Positions 38,611 through 49,913 of a stretch of 64,000 nucleotides of DNA are shown one piece after another. Source of the stretch: Malacoraja senta (lineage: Eukaryota); NCBI GenBank assembly GCA_038087875.1, contig CM075998.1:746001-810000 (forward strand), in the 5' to 3' direction. The position numbers and the translations under genes are program-made. The stretch's first letter is position 1, and each line of letters starts with the position of its first letter. The notes below the pieces were generated by a model. It was not told where the DNA came from. It did no database searches and was given only the letters and a program-made list of their open reading frames with translations.

Positions 38611-40539
38611 AAAGAAGGAACTGCAGATGCTAGAAAATCGAAGGTACACAAAAATGCTGGAGAAACTCAGCGGGTGCAGCAGCATCTATGGAGCGAAGGA
38701 AATAGGCAACGTTTCGGGCCGAAACCCTTCTTCAGACTGATAGGGGGTGGGGAGAAGAAAGGAAAAAAGGCGGAGGAGGAGCCCGAGGGCTGGGGGAGGG
38801 GAGGAGACAACCAGAGGGCTGATGAAGGGGAGGGGACAGCAAAGGCTAGCAGAATTGGGAGAATTCAATGTTCAAGCCCCCAGGATGTAGACTGCCCAAG
38901 CGGAATATGAGGTGCATTTCCTCCAATTTCCGGTGTTACTCGCTGTGGCCATGGAGGAGACCCAGGACAGAGAGGTCAGATACGGAATGGGAGGGGGAGT
39001 TGAAGTGCTGAGCCACCGGGAGCTCAGGTTGGTTATTGCGGACCGACCGGAGGTGTTCGGCGAAACGATCGCCAAGCCTCCGCTTGGTCTCACCGATGTA
39101 GATCAGCTGGCATCTAGAGCAGCGGATGCAATAGATGAGGTTGGAGGAGATGCAGGTGAACCTCTGTCGCACCTGGAACGACTGCTTGGGTCCTTGAATG
39201 GAGTAGAGGGGGGAGGTGAAGGGACAAGTGTTGCATCTCTTGCGGTTGCAAGGGAAAGTACCAGGGGAGGGGGTGGTATGGGAGGGAAGGGAAGAATTGA
39301 CAAGGGAGTTACGGAGGGAGCGGTCTTTGCGGAAGGCAGACATGGGGGGAGATGGGAAGATGTGGCGAGTGGTGGGGTCACGTTGGAGGTGGCGAAACTG
39401 ACGGAGGATCACTTGTTGTATGTGACGGCTGGTGGGGTGAAAGGTGAGGACTAGGGGGACTCTGCCCGTGTGAGTGGGGGGATGGGGAGAGAGAGCAGTG
39501 TTGCGGGGTATGGCAGAGACCCTGGTGCGAGCCTCATCTATGGTGGAGGAGGGGAACCCCCGTTCCCTGAAGAATGAACCCCCGTTCATTCTTCAGAGAA
39601 CGGGGGTTCCCCCCCCCTTCCCCTCCTCCACCATAGATGAGGCTCGCACCAGGGTCTCTGCCATACCCCGCAACACTGCTCTCTCTCCCCATCCCCCCAC
39701 TCACAACAAGGGCAGAGTCCCCCTAGTCCTCACCTTTCACCCCACCAGCCGTCACATACAACAAGTGATCCTCCGTCAGTTTCGCCACCTCCAACGTGAC
39801 CCCACCACTCGCCACATCTTCCCATCTCCCCCCATGTCTGCCTTCCGCAAAGACCGCTCCCTCCGTAACTCCCTTGTCAATTCTTCCCTTCCCTCCCATA
39901 CCACCCCCTCCCCTGGTACTTTCCCTTGCAACCGCAAGAGATGCAACACTTGTCCCTTCACCTCCCCCCTCGACTCCATTCAAGGACCTAAGCAGTCGTT
40001 CCAGGTGCGACAGAGGTTCACCTGCATCTCCTCCAACCTCATCTATTGCATCCGCTGCTCTAGATGCCAGCTGATCTACATCGGTGAGACCAAGCTGAGG
40101 CTTGGCGATCGTTTCGCCGAACACCTCCGGTCGGTCCGCAATAACCAACCTGACCTCCCGGTGGCTCAGCACTTCAACTCCCCCTCCCATTCCGTATCTG
40201 ACCTCTCTGTCCTGGGTCTCCTCCATGGCCACAGCGAGCAATACCGGAAATTGGAGTAAATGCACCTCATATTCCGCTTGGGCAGTCTACATCCTGGGGG
40301 CTTGAACATTGAATTCTCCCAATTCTGCTAGCCTTTGCTGTCCCCTCCCCTTCATCAGCCATCTGGTTGTCTCCTCCCCTCCCCTCCCCCAGCCCTCGGG
40401 CTCCTCCTCCGCCTTTTTTCCTTTCTTCTCCCCACCCCCTATCAGTCTGAAGAAGGGTTTCGGCCCGAAACGTTGCCTATTTCCTTTGCTCCATAGATGC
40501 TGCTGCACCCGCTGAGTTTCTCCAGCATTTTTGTGTACC
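38611..40539. mobile_element. Penelope-like element (Neptune-type), 5'-truncated, arranged as an inverted duplication of the GIY-YIG endonuclease region and terminal repeat
   Basis: Both arms encode CNRKRCNTC...NLIYCIRCSRCQLIYIGETK(R/L)RLGDRFAEH...VAQHF...GGLN. TSD ctcaagaaaagatgtt at 38595-38610 and 40540-40555. Confidence 0.9.
40444..40478 (+). ncRNA. Minimal type-I hammerhead ribozyme-like motif in the PLE terminal repeat (mirror copy on minus strand at about 38704-38738)
   Basis: CTGAAGA-A-GGGT(TTCG)GCCC-GAAA-CGTT: CUGANGA and GAAA cores, 4-bp stem II with UUCG loop, palindromic AACGTT in place of stem III. Stem I is weak. Confidence 0.6.
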
Positions 40540-40829
40540 CTCAAGAAAAGATGTTCCTTATGTATTGCATCAGGACTAATGAGTGAAAAGAATGAATGTG
40601 GTTTTAAATAACACTGCTCAAATCCTCGGAATATCCCAAAACATTTCACAGCCAATTAACTCCTTTTGAAATGCAACAAACCTTTAAATCCTGTGAAAGT
40701 GGGGAGTTGTGGAGGGGATAACTTGGCTGTATTGTAGGACGGCTGTTGCTCTCTGAAGCTGCCCTTCACGACTGAGCGAGATCTCTAGGGAAATGAACAC
40801 CACCTTCATTAATAACCTTCCTTGTTCCC

Positions 40830-41110
40830 AATGCAACCCCAACACTAAACCCACTCAAACTGCATCGTAACTCCTATGCTGCACTTCAGATTGCACCACC
40901 AATGCAACAATCCTACACTGCACCCATCTACACTGCAGCCCAATGTGAACATCCAAACTGCAGTGACCCTCTGCATGCCACACAATCTGCACATTCGCCA
41001 CATTGCAAGACTCCATCCGCTTCCCCCACTGCACCCTCCCTGCAACCACCAGACAGCTATCCTTGTACACTGTCAACCCCTCCCTGACCAATGCACCCCA
41101 GCCAACCCCA
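40830..41110 (+). repeat. Degenerate C/A-rich short tandem repeat
   Basis: Recurring (a)ctgcacc/atgcaacc units every 15-20 bp or so. Confidence 0.55.
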
Positions 41111-41698
41111 TCTGAGGCAATATGTGGCTCTGCTCTATATATTCACTCAACCCCCTAACCACCAAGATCAAATCTAGTCCTTCTACACGTGGGAATACAG
41201 AGCACATCCTTGCAATCTTTCCTCGTAATTTAGCTGGGTTACTTGGGAGAAAATGTATTTGATTATTTTCCGAAAGAATGCAGATGTGTAATAACCTTTG
41301 GGACATTCTGTTGCCATCATTCTTGCCTGCGAATGATTGATACCTTCACATGATTCAAGAAACACAACTGAGCATGAAGGAGTGTGTTCTTTGATGCACT
41401 GCTTCAGAAGCTGTCAGCTCCAGGTTGTATATTTCTGTACGCAGATGCTTGGCCCCGGCAACACGTGCTGAGGTCCAGAGAGAGAAGCCATTAACTGCAC
41501 ACGTGATCAGTTGATTATTGGTGTATTTTCCATTTGCAATTGATGAATGCAAGATGCCATAATAACAGCGAAGGGCTCAGTTTGCATTGAGCCCAAAGTC
41601 TGTTCTGACACATCACGTTGTATATTTTGGCTGATAAATTTAAACAGCAGGATTTTCTTATCACAGCAATGATGAACTTACATCCAGTAAAGCTGGTG

Positions 41699-41838
41699 GT
41701 AGACAAAAATGCTGGAGAAACTCATCGAGTGAGGCAGCATCTATGGAGCGAAGGAAATAGGCAACGTTTCGGGTCGAGACATGTCTCGATGGTTTGTCTA
41801 CCTTCGATTTTCCAGCATCTGCAGTTCCTTCTTAAACT
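41699..41838. mobile_element. Mini fold-back PLE-terminus element
   Basis: Same terminus as the 38.6-kb element, with the tail inverted. TSD tccagtaaagctggtg at 41683-41698 and 41839-41854. Confidence 0.8.
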
Positions 41839-42689
41839 TCCAGTAAAGCTGGTGATAATCAGTTTAGGCCTTCTATCTTCATGTTATTTTTTTAACCTTT
41901 GATATTTAATAAGAATGCAAGAAGAATGAGCAGTAGTAGACCACTCAATCCCTCAAGCTTGCCCCGCTATTCAATATGATTATGGCTGATCTTCCCCAAG
42001 CCTTCTTCTGTGCCAGTTTCCCATCACCCTCAATTCTCAAATGTCTCAACATTTTATTTCCCTCATTTTTTTTTAAATTGCCCCAGTGATCCAACCTCCA
42101 CAACCCTCGGAGGGAGGTAATTCCACAGATTCACCACCCTCTGTGAAAAGGTCCTATGCAGCTCAATTTTAAATGAACTGCCCCTTATATTGTAACTATT
42201 TACCTTATTGGGTGAACTTGCCTCAAAGAGGGTGCAGTCCCCACTGAGACCTGGGGTCCTGTCCATTCTCAGAAAACGTGCTAACAATCTAAATGACTGA
42301 AATAGCATCCAGGTGCCTGGATTATTTTTGAGTCTTTAAGCTTCACGGTTGAGGAATTTAAATTCAAGAAATTAAATAATTCTGGCCAAATCTGCTGGAG
42401 GAGCAACACTGAGGACTGCACTGTCGAGGAGGCAGTACTGATGGAACACTGCACTCAAAGTGGAAGAGCAATATCTCATGTCCCACCTGGGACATCCACC
42501 AGGGGCGTCAAGGTTACAGGGAGAAGGCAGGGGAATGGGGTTGAGAGGGGGAAATAGATGAGCCATGAATGAATGAATGGTGGAGTGGACTCCATGGGCT
42601 GAATGGCCTAATATTACTCATATATCATATGGTAGTCAATAGTACAAACATTGAATTTTCCAGTATCAGGTCATCTGCAACCCCAGTGC

Positions 42690-43255
42690 CCAAAGCAAAA
42701 TACAAAGTGCCAGAGTAACTGAGCGGTCCGGGCAGCATCTGTGAAGGGAGTGGACAGATGACATTTAGACTCGGGTGCTTCTTTAGTCTGAAGAAAGGTC
42801 CCGACCCAAAATTTGCCCATCCATTCCCTCCTTAGATGCTGCCTGACACGCTGAGTTCCTCCAGTACTTTGTGTTTTGCTCAAGTTTCCAGTATCTGTAG
42901 TTCCTTGTGTCCCCACCACACTTGCTCGCCTGAAGGACAACACAGTGCGGGAGTAACTCAGCGGGTCAGGCAGCATCTCTGGAAAAAATGGATAGGCGTG
43001 GCATGTTCTCCAGAGATGCTGCCTGACCCGCTGAGTTACTCCAGCACTTTGTGTCCTTTTGTGTAAACCAGCATCTGCAGTTCCTTGTTTCTGCACACAC
43101 TCGCCTGTCCACCCAGTTTTCCTCTCCCTTTGTTTAAGAAGGAACTGCAGATGCTGGAAAAATCGAAGGTAGACAAAAGTGCTGGAGAAACTCAGCGGGT
43201 GCAGCAGCATCTATGGAGCGAAGGAAATAGGTGACGTTTCGGGTCGAGACCCTTC
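42690..43255. mobile_element. Cluster of three PLE-terminus mini elements
   Basis: Fold-backs at about 42690-42905 and 42938-43095, plus 43135-43255 flanked by TSD ttcctctccctttgtt (43119-43134 and 43256-43271). Confidence 0.8.
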
Positions 43256-43379
43256 TTCCTCTCCCTTTGTTCATCCCTCCCACCATCTGCCCATCATCCC
43301 AGCCCTATCTGGCTCCACCTAATTCTCTATTCCTCGCCTCCCCCTCCCGCCAAACACTGACAATCTTTCCTCTTCCTTT

Positions 43380-43932
43380 TTAGTACTGATGTACGGTCTC
43401 AACGCAAAACTTCATTTAACACGTTTGCGCCCCCCACTCAGACGCTACTTGTTCCGCCTGTTCTTCCACTAGGGCTCTGTTCTGGTCCGAGATTCCAACA
43501 TTTGCAGTGTTTTACAACTTGACATATAAAAAAATAGAGTCCGTTTCCACCAATCAGCGCGGAAATGCCGTGAAAACAGCGGCAAACACTCTCACCCCTC
43601 CCCTAGCTGGGCAGATCGCCGACTGCAATCTACCAATAGAGGCATGCAGAAAGGAGTCAATCATGGCAGCGGAAGGACAATGCACTGTGAATGACTTCAT
43701 GTCTTAACTTGTAAACTGGCCATTTCAGCTGGAGTTTTTAACTTCTTATTTAACTTTAAAAAAAATATATATATATATACATTTTAAATATTTATCTACT
43801 GCAGCTCGTCATTGAGGCTATCAATTGCAGACGGTCCCAGAGTCGGTGAAGGATCATGACTTTGTTTGGTGTTTGATTTACTCTCTCGGAAATCCTGGGA
43901 TCTCCATTGAAAATTTCGTGAGCACTGTAAGT
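43380..43932 (+). promoter_or_regulatory. CDK4: Candidate CDK4 promoter and non-coding exon 1
   Basis: CpG-enriched and non-repetitive. CCAAT boxes at 43550 and 43633, E2F-like GCGCGGAAA at 43557-43565, TTTGCGC at 43424, consensus donor GTAAGT at 43927. The ATG-bearing exon has a splice acceptor, so an upstream exon is needed. Confidence 0.5.
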
Positions 43933-44116
43933 AGCAAGATTGGAATTGTCGATTGCCTTGCAGTCGATTACAAAGCGAAACTCCAGGGAACAGAGAAGTG
44001 GGACCGCGCTGGCAATTTCTGAATGGCCAGATGGAGAGTCTGCGATAGGGAAGGTTGATGGTTGGTTTTTACAATGGTGTGACTGTATAATATAGATATT
44101 TGAAGCAACGCTTTCA

Positions 44117-44118
<2 letters not shown>

Positions 44119-44152
<34 letters not shown>

Positions 44153-44180
44153 CCGGTACACCTCTGTGTGTGTGTGTGTG
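44119..44180. repeat. (AT)n plus (TG)n microsatellites
   Basis: Read directly from the sequence. Confidence 0.9.
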
Positions 44181-47100
44181 TTTATTCTTGGAGAGGTCTT
44201 TAGTAAAAACGTTGGCCCTGTTTGGAGGCTGGTGAAAGCATTACTAAATGCTGCCACGTTTAGCGTTTATTTAACCTGCTTCAAATGCACAGAGGATTTT
44301 TCATTAAAAGTTTTCCTACCCAAGCAGATATTTCCGGTCTCAATCCTTTTGGGAGGAGGAGGAGGAGAAAAAAGTGGGCACGCTTTCCCTTAACTTCCAA
44401 ATGTTTTTAAACTTTATTTTAATCGTTTGAACTTTGCAATGATTGTTTCGGGGGGTGAAACGAGGCCTTTCTCTCAAGGTCCAACCATTCACGTTGCAAT
44501 GATTCAGAATTCCGTCATCTTGGCTATGAGGCTGGATCAGTTTTGAAGGGTTGCCTGCCAGGAATTGGTGTGTCAGTATCTGCACCTCAGAAACAGACTG
44601 TTCGGCCCCTCTACTATGTGCTTTGTTTCTGTTGTACTGTAGTCTCCTCCTACCCCTTATCGACCCACAACCACTGCCATATATCTCTCCCGTCTTATTC
44701 CAGCTGCCCCATAAAGGCTATTCATCTCCACTGCTCTCTATGGGAGCAAATGATATTGCAAAAGGTGGCAAATTAATACCATTAAAGCTGATGGCTTTGC
44801 CTTGTTGGTGCTGATGTGTGATGCAAGCAGTCTTCTGGTTCCTTCAGTCTTCATGTTTTTCATTGATAATTGTATTGAATCCCTTTGAATCAGTAACTCG
44901 CCTTCAAGCACCATTTGAAGGTTGCGGTGATGTAGTTTATATATCTCAAAGGTCGTTGCTAGTTTACCTAACTGCGGTATCTCTAGAGCCCTGGAATAAT
45001 GAGCAGAAGGAAGGAGGGACAGGAAGGTGAGACTAGTCTTGCACAAAGCACAGGAGGGTATGGTTTGAGGCTGGCACAGAGTGGCGAGTCACCACTGCAC
45101 CGAAGAGTAGGAGGTGGGTCGGAATCGGAGGACAAATGAGAGGAAAAGGAATAATAGACTTTCCTAGATGATGAGACAGTTTGTAGTCAATAGGCTTAAC
45201 GTTGCAGAGATGAATGTTGGGCCAAGAGGGGAAATGGAGAGCTATTTGGGGACACAGGAAATCAGCAGATGGGTAAATGTGTCATTGAATGGAGTTTGGG
45301 GTGAAAGAGGCAGGGGGTAGTTGGTCCATCAGTCTGAAGAAAGGTGAAGGTCACTTTCTCCTCATCGGTAACATTGCCTAATCAGTCTCTGCCTCAGCTC
45401 ATCTGTTCCTAAAACCCTCATTCATGCCTTTTGTCACCTCCGGACTTGATCATCTAACCTCCCTCATTCTACTCTTTGCTAAAGTTGAGGTCAACTCGAA
45501 CCATCTGGCATCTGCTTAAAAGCAGCTCAATACTGAAATGAACACGCTGGTTTCCAAATCGCCACTCAAGCTGTTGTGTCACTGGTAGTTACTGTATTTG
45601 GCTTTGAAACAGAATGTATGACGAAGCAATTACCTGCCTTGATCATAGGTGGAAGGATAATCATGAATTTATTAGACAAGTATGTTTTGCAACATGCGAG
45701 GAATTTGGTTTGCCATACAGTCATACCAAAAAAGCAACAAGACATACAACTACATAAAAATGTGACCTAAACATCCACCACAGCAGCACCTCCACATTCC
45801 TCTCTGCGATGGAAGGCAATAAAGTCTTATCTTCTTTCCTCCTTGGGGGAAACCTACATGGGACGAGAAAGAAGGACTGGTGGGGTAATGAATGAGTCAT
45901 TCTATGTAACTATAGCTCTGACCTTAGTGGTAACTTTGTACAGGACATAAGAATGAATGCGTGAGGTAATCTCTCCACACAACCTGGGCAATGACGTCAA
46001 AATGCCCACAGGTTTCATTTCCTGTTTGTGGGTGAGGCTGGCATTCTTGGTACATTCTTGCTAAGTAGTTGGTAGCGTTGGAAACTTTTTAGGAGTGAGG
46101 ATCTCTGAGGCACATTGAGAGATGCGGAGAGTTGTCCTCTCTATGGTGCGCATGCAAAAACCTTGTGTGTGCGAAAGATGAAGTTCCTAGATGTCCTGTA
46201 AATTATCAAGTGCTTCTATTCAAACTATTCAATTCCTGCACATTTTAAAATCATATTCTCTCTCTCTCTCCCACTGTGCTTATATTGCTTTCAACTGTAT
46301 TCTAAATGGAAAGCTCAGCTGTTACGTGTGGACTTAACCCGGTGAGCATTTTTGAGTGAGTGTTTGGTTCAGACAGACGGTATTGTTAGATTTGTATATG
46401 GGTGTGGTTATTTTTTTTGTTATTGGTCTCTTTTTGAAGAAACAGTTTGAGGGACGTTGGTGTCTCCCCACAACACTCGGTGTGGCCTGATCCAATCTGT
46501 CACCAGATAGTTCTGCAAGCCTTATCAGGAGCTAACTAAAGCCTTCCCTAAAGGGGTGGATGGGTGGAGGGTGTGAATTCCTTTCATAATAAGAGACACT
46601 GTTGCATCTGTGGAGAAACAATGAACGTTTCTGTTCTTTCTGCGGAATTCCCTGTCGTTCTGCCTCCCAGTCCTGTCCCTGGCTGCCCCTTACATTTGAT
46701 GTCGCATCCAGAAACCAGAAACTCCCACCTCATCGCTTCCTCTGACAGCGCAGCGCTGCCTCGACGCTGCCTCTCTGGGTGATTGCACCACCCTCTGTGG
46801 CCCAGCGTGAACCCACATTCTTTACACTTGGAGGTGTGCGTGTGAGGTGTGACCTCTCCAAGCCACCAGCTGATGGCATTTTAAACTTCTCTTCCACGTA
46901 TTCCTTCTCTCCAGAGATGCTGCCTGACCCGCTGTGTAACACTCTAGGATTTTGTACCCTTTCCTTAAGTTTGAATAAGGTCTGGACCTTGTAGAGGGGG
47001 GTGGGGGGAGGAGAGGGGGTTGACCAAATTGGGGGAGGACATATTATAACATTGTTGCCGAGGAGTGGGGATGAGAAAATTAGGAGCAGCTGTTATTGGG

Positions 47101-47607
47101 TAAGTCCACATCTGATATGTGGGAGTTGTTGAAAGACCAGCTGATCAGAGTTCAGGACTGGCATGTCCCAGTAAAGAGGAGGGACAAAGATGGCAGGGTA
47201 AGGGGACCTTGGATCTCAAGAGACAATGTAAATTTGGTCAAAAAAGGAAAAGGAGGCATTGGTAAGGTTTAGGAAAATGAAATCAAACCGTTGAGGAATA
47301 TAAAGAGAGCAGGAAAGAATTCAAGCAGGGAGCAAAACACAAAAGTGCTGGAGGAACTCAGCAGGTCAAGCAGCATCTGGGGAGGGAATGGACAGGCGTT
47401 TTATTTTGAGTCGGGGCCCATTTAGATTAAAGCAGAGAATGAGGAGGGCCAGAAAGGGCTAAGAGATGTTATTGGCAAGTCTGATTAAAGAGAATTTCAT
47501 TGCATTTTAAACATGTGTTACAGAGGTAACTAGGGAAGAGTGCAGGACCACCCATGATAAAGGGGGGCATTTATGCTTGGAGTCAGAAGATGGTGAGGTA
47601 CTAAATA

Positions 47608-47948
47608 GGACGACAGATGGCGCAATGGGCTAAGTGTTCGGCTGGCAACCGGAAGGTAGCCGGTTCGAATCCCGCTTGGAGTGCATACTGTCGTTGTGTC
47701 CTTGGGCAAGACACTTCACCCACCTTTGCCTGCGTGTGAATGTGTGTGAGTGATTGGTGGTGGTCGGAGGGGCCGTAGGCGCAGATTAGCAGCCACGCTT
47801 CCGTCAGTCTGCCCCAGGGCAGCTGTGGCTACAGAAGTAGCTCACCACCACCGAGTGTGACTGAGGAGTGAATGAATAATGTGATGTAAAGCGCCTTGAG
47901 TATTAGAAAGGCGCTATATAAATCCCATCCATTATTATTCATTGTTAT
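47608..47948 (+). mobile_element. Young tRNA-derived CORE-type SINE with L2-like tail, inserted into a CR1 fragment
   Basis: A box TGGCGCAATGG at 47618, B box GGTTCGAATCC at 47662, gtgtccttgggcaagacacttcacc core, tgtaaagcgccttgag...aggcgctatataaat tail. TSD taaata at 47602-47607 and 47949-47954. Confidence 0.8.
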
Positions 47949-49284
47949 TAAATAAGTATTTTGCACAGGTATTCACCAAGGAGAAGGATATGAAGATAGT
48001 GAGATCAGTGTGGGCCATACCAATATGCTAGGGCATATCTCTTTATCTCTTCCCTGAACTCTGCCTCGTCATTGTTTGAGATCCGGCCCCAATACGGCGA
48101 TATCATCTGTCAACTTGTAAATGGAGTCAGAGCAGGATTTGACTGCACCTTTGTGGGAGTAGAGCATTGTGGGAGGTTGCTGAGATTGCAGCCTTGAGAG
48201 GAACCAGTGTTGACAAGCCAAAGTGACTCAGAAGAAAGACCCTGAACTGAACCAAAAGTACTGTGCAACTGAAGCCTGACAAACAGGCCGAACTGGATCA
48301 GGGTGGTAGATCTCCTTCCATGATAAACATTTGTGAACTTAGTGGGAAGTTTCTGTGAGAAATAGAAGCAGGGATAGACCATTCGGCCCCTTGTGCCTGT
48401 TCTGCAATTCAATAAGATTGCAGCGAACCTTTAAAAATAAACTTTTGTGCTGACTGTTACTGATACTAACTTATTAATTGCAGGTTTATTAAGTTACCTA
48501 AATTTCAATTCCTCGGCTACCAAGACTATTCGATGCTGATCTAGTGTTTGATCTGAAGCATTAACTGTTTTGATTCCAGCAGCTGTAGTTTTTGATTTGA
48601 TTATCAATAATTTAGCGGTTTCACAGTTCTTTTGTATTTAAGTGTTTTGACCAATTCCATGTGACTGTCTGGTGTCCAATCTGAGTGTAAGCTGTTTCTG
48701 AACATCCATCGTGTGTTGACTTCCATCATGTGTTTTTCCCCCCTTTCCACTTGGCTGTGTGATCATTTACATTAGCCTCAGATGGCAGTCGGGGCAGCAG
48801 TTAAACACCTTGTGAAAGCCACCCACCCTGCTGCATGGCACTCCCTCGGCGCCAACCCCCTTGCGGTGTGGCTCTCTCTTGGCAGTGCATTAAAGGACAA
48901 TCTAGATTTCTGTGCTGGGCTCAGTCTCTGTGTCCGTCTCCCTCTCCGTCAGTCTCCATCTCTGTCTGTCTCTTTCTCTTGGAGCGCACGGCCCATTGTG
49001 TGTCTGTGGATTGGAGGAGGGTGTTCTGGCCAACCTTCGAGCATTAAGAATGAGAAGCAATGTAAGGGGATCTAATCGTCCTGTGTGCAATTGGGCCAAT
49101 GCACAGGCTGAGATAATTGACTAACAGCTCTTCAAATCCTTTGTAACGAAGCATGTTGGAACATGGAGGATGTGTGAAATGCCATTTGACTACGTTGCAT
49201 TCTTTCCCTGTGCCCCTCCCTTCCTTTGACCCTTTCCAATGATGTAATTTTGAGTTTCCTTTCAATGTTTTCCACACTGACAGT

Positions 49285-49670
49285 CAAAGATCCTATAGAC
49301 CACTCCTGCTAAATGCAATGGGCTGACGTGTAGTACGCAACGGAGCGGAACGTGGGCCTTTTTTTCATCCATTTCAGTAACCCGACCCGACTCGCAGTGT
49401 AATCAACGTTGCGGGGGAACAGTTTGTGTTAATAAATTAAAATTCTGAAAATGAGGAGAAGATATTTACCAAAGAACTTTTATTTTTACGGGGATGTTTC
49501 CGTAACCGGCTTCCATCTCCGCACTAGTATCTTTGCTCCGCTACGGGATCTTTGGTGCGGAGACGGAAGCCGGTTACGGAAATGGGGCCAAAAATTCCCC
49601 ATGAATCTGCCCATGACCGTACTACGTCTTTTTCGTCGAGTGATCTATCTTGCTCGCTATAGGATCTTTG
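49285..49670. mobile_element. hAT-like non-autonomous DNA transposon
   Basis: 14-bp TIR CAAAGATCCTATAG / CTATAGGATCTTTG; flanks ctgacagt / atgacaat (6 of 8 match); internal 30-bp inverted repeat. Confidence 0.6.
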
Positions 49671-49734
49671 ATGACAATAGTGGCTACCAAAGATGCTAGA
49701 GGAGCTACACTGCAGGAACGGGTGTGAAGTCTCA

Positions 49735-49913
49735 AGGGCCTGTCCCACTTGGGTGTCATTTGCGTGTCATTTACACATAATTTACAGTCGTGACGCGCAC
49801 ATGGCGAGGCGTGGTGGTGTATGCAGTGACGCGCGGTAGCGCGCGCGGCGCCCCAGGATTTGGCGATTTTCAAAATCCTTGCGAGCAAATGACGCCCAAG
49901 TGGGACAGGCCCT
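49735..49913. mobile_element. PIF/Harbinger-like MITE
   Basis: 29-bp TIR AGGGCCTGTCCCACTTGGG(T/C)GTCATTTGC; 3-bp TSD TCA on both sides. Confidence 0.85.

Noticed and set aside
38912..40265. The two 180-aa ORFs (38912-39454 plus strand, 39723-40265 minus strand) as genes
   Set aside because: They are antisense shadows of the PLE endonuclease frame, duplicated by the palindrome.
38611..40539. Assembly or read-inversion artefact; or a domesticated GIY-YIG gene
   Set aside because: The TSD, one-sided tail and arm-specific mutations argue for a real insertion. Each arm has a nonsense codon and no RT or promoter, so it is not an intact gene.
47608..47680. tRNA gene
   Set aside because: A and B boxes are present, but the sequence continues into a SINE core and L2-like tail with a TSD.
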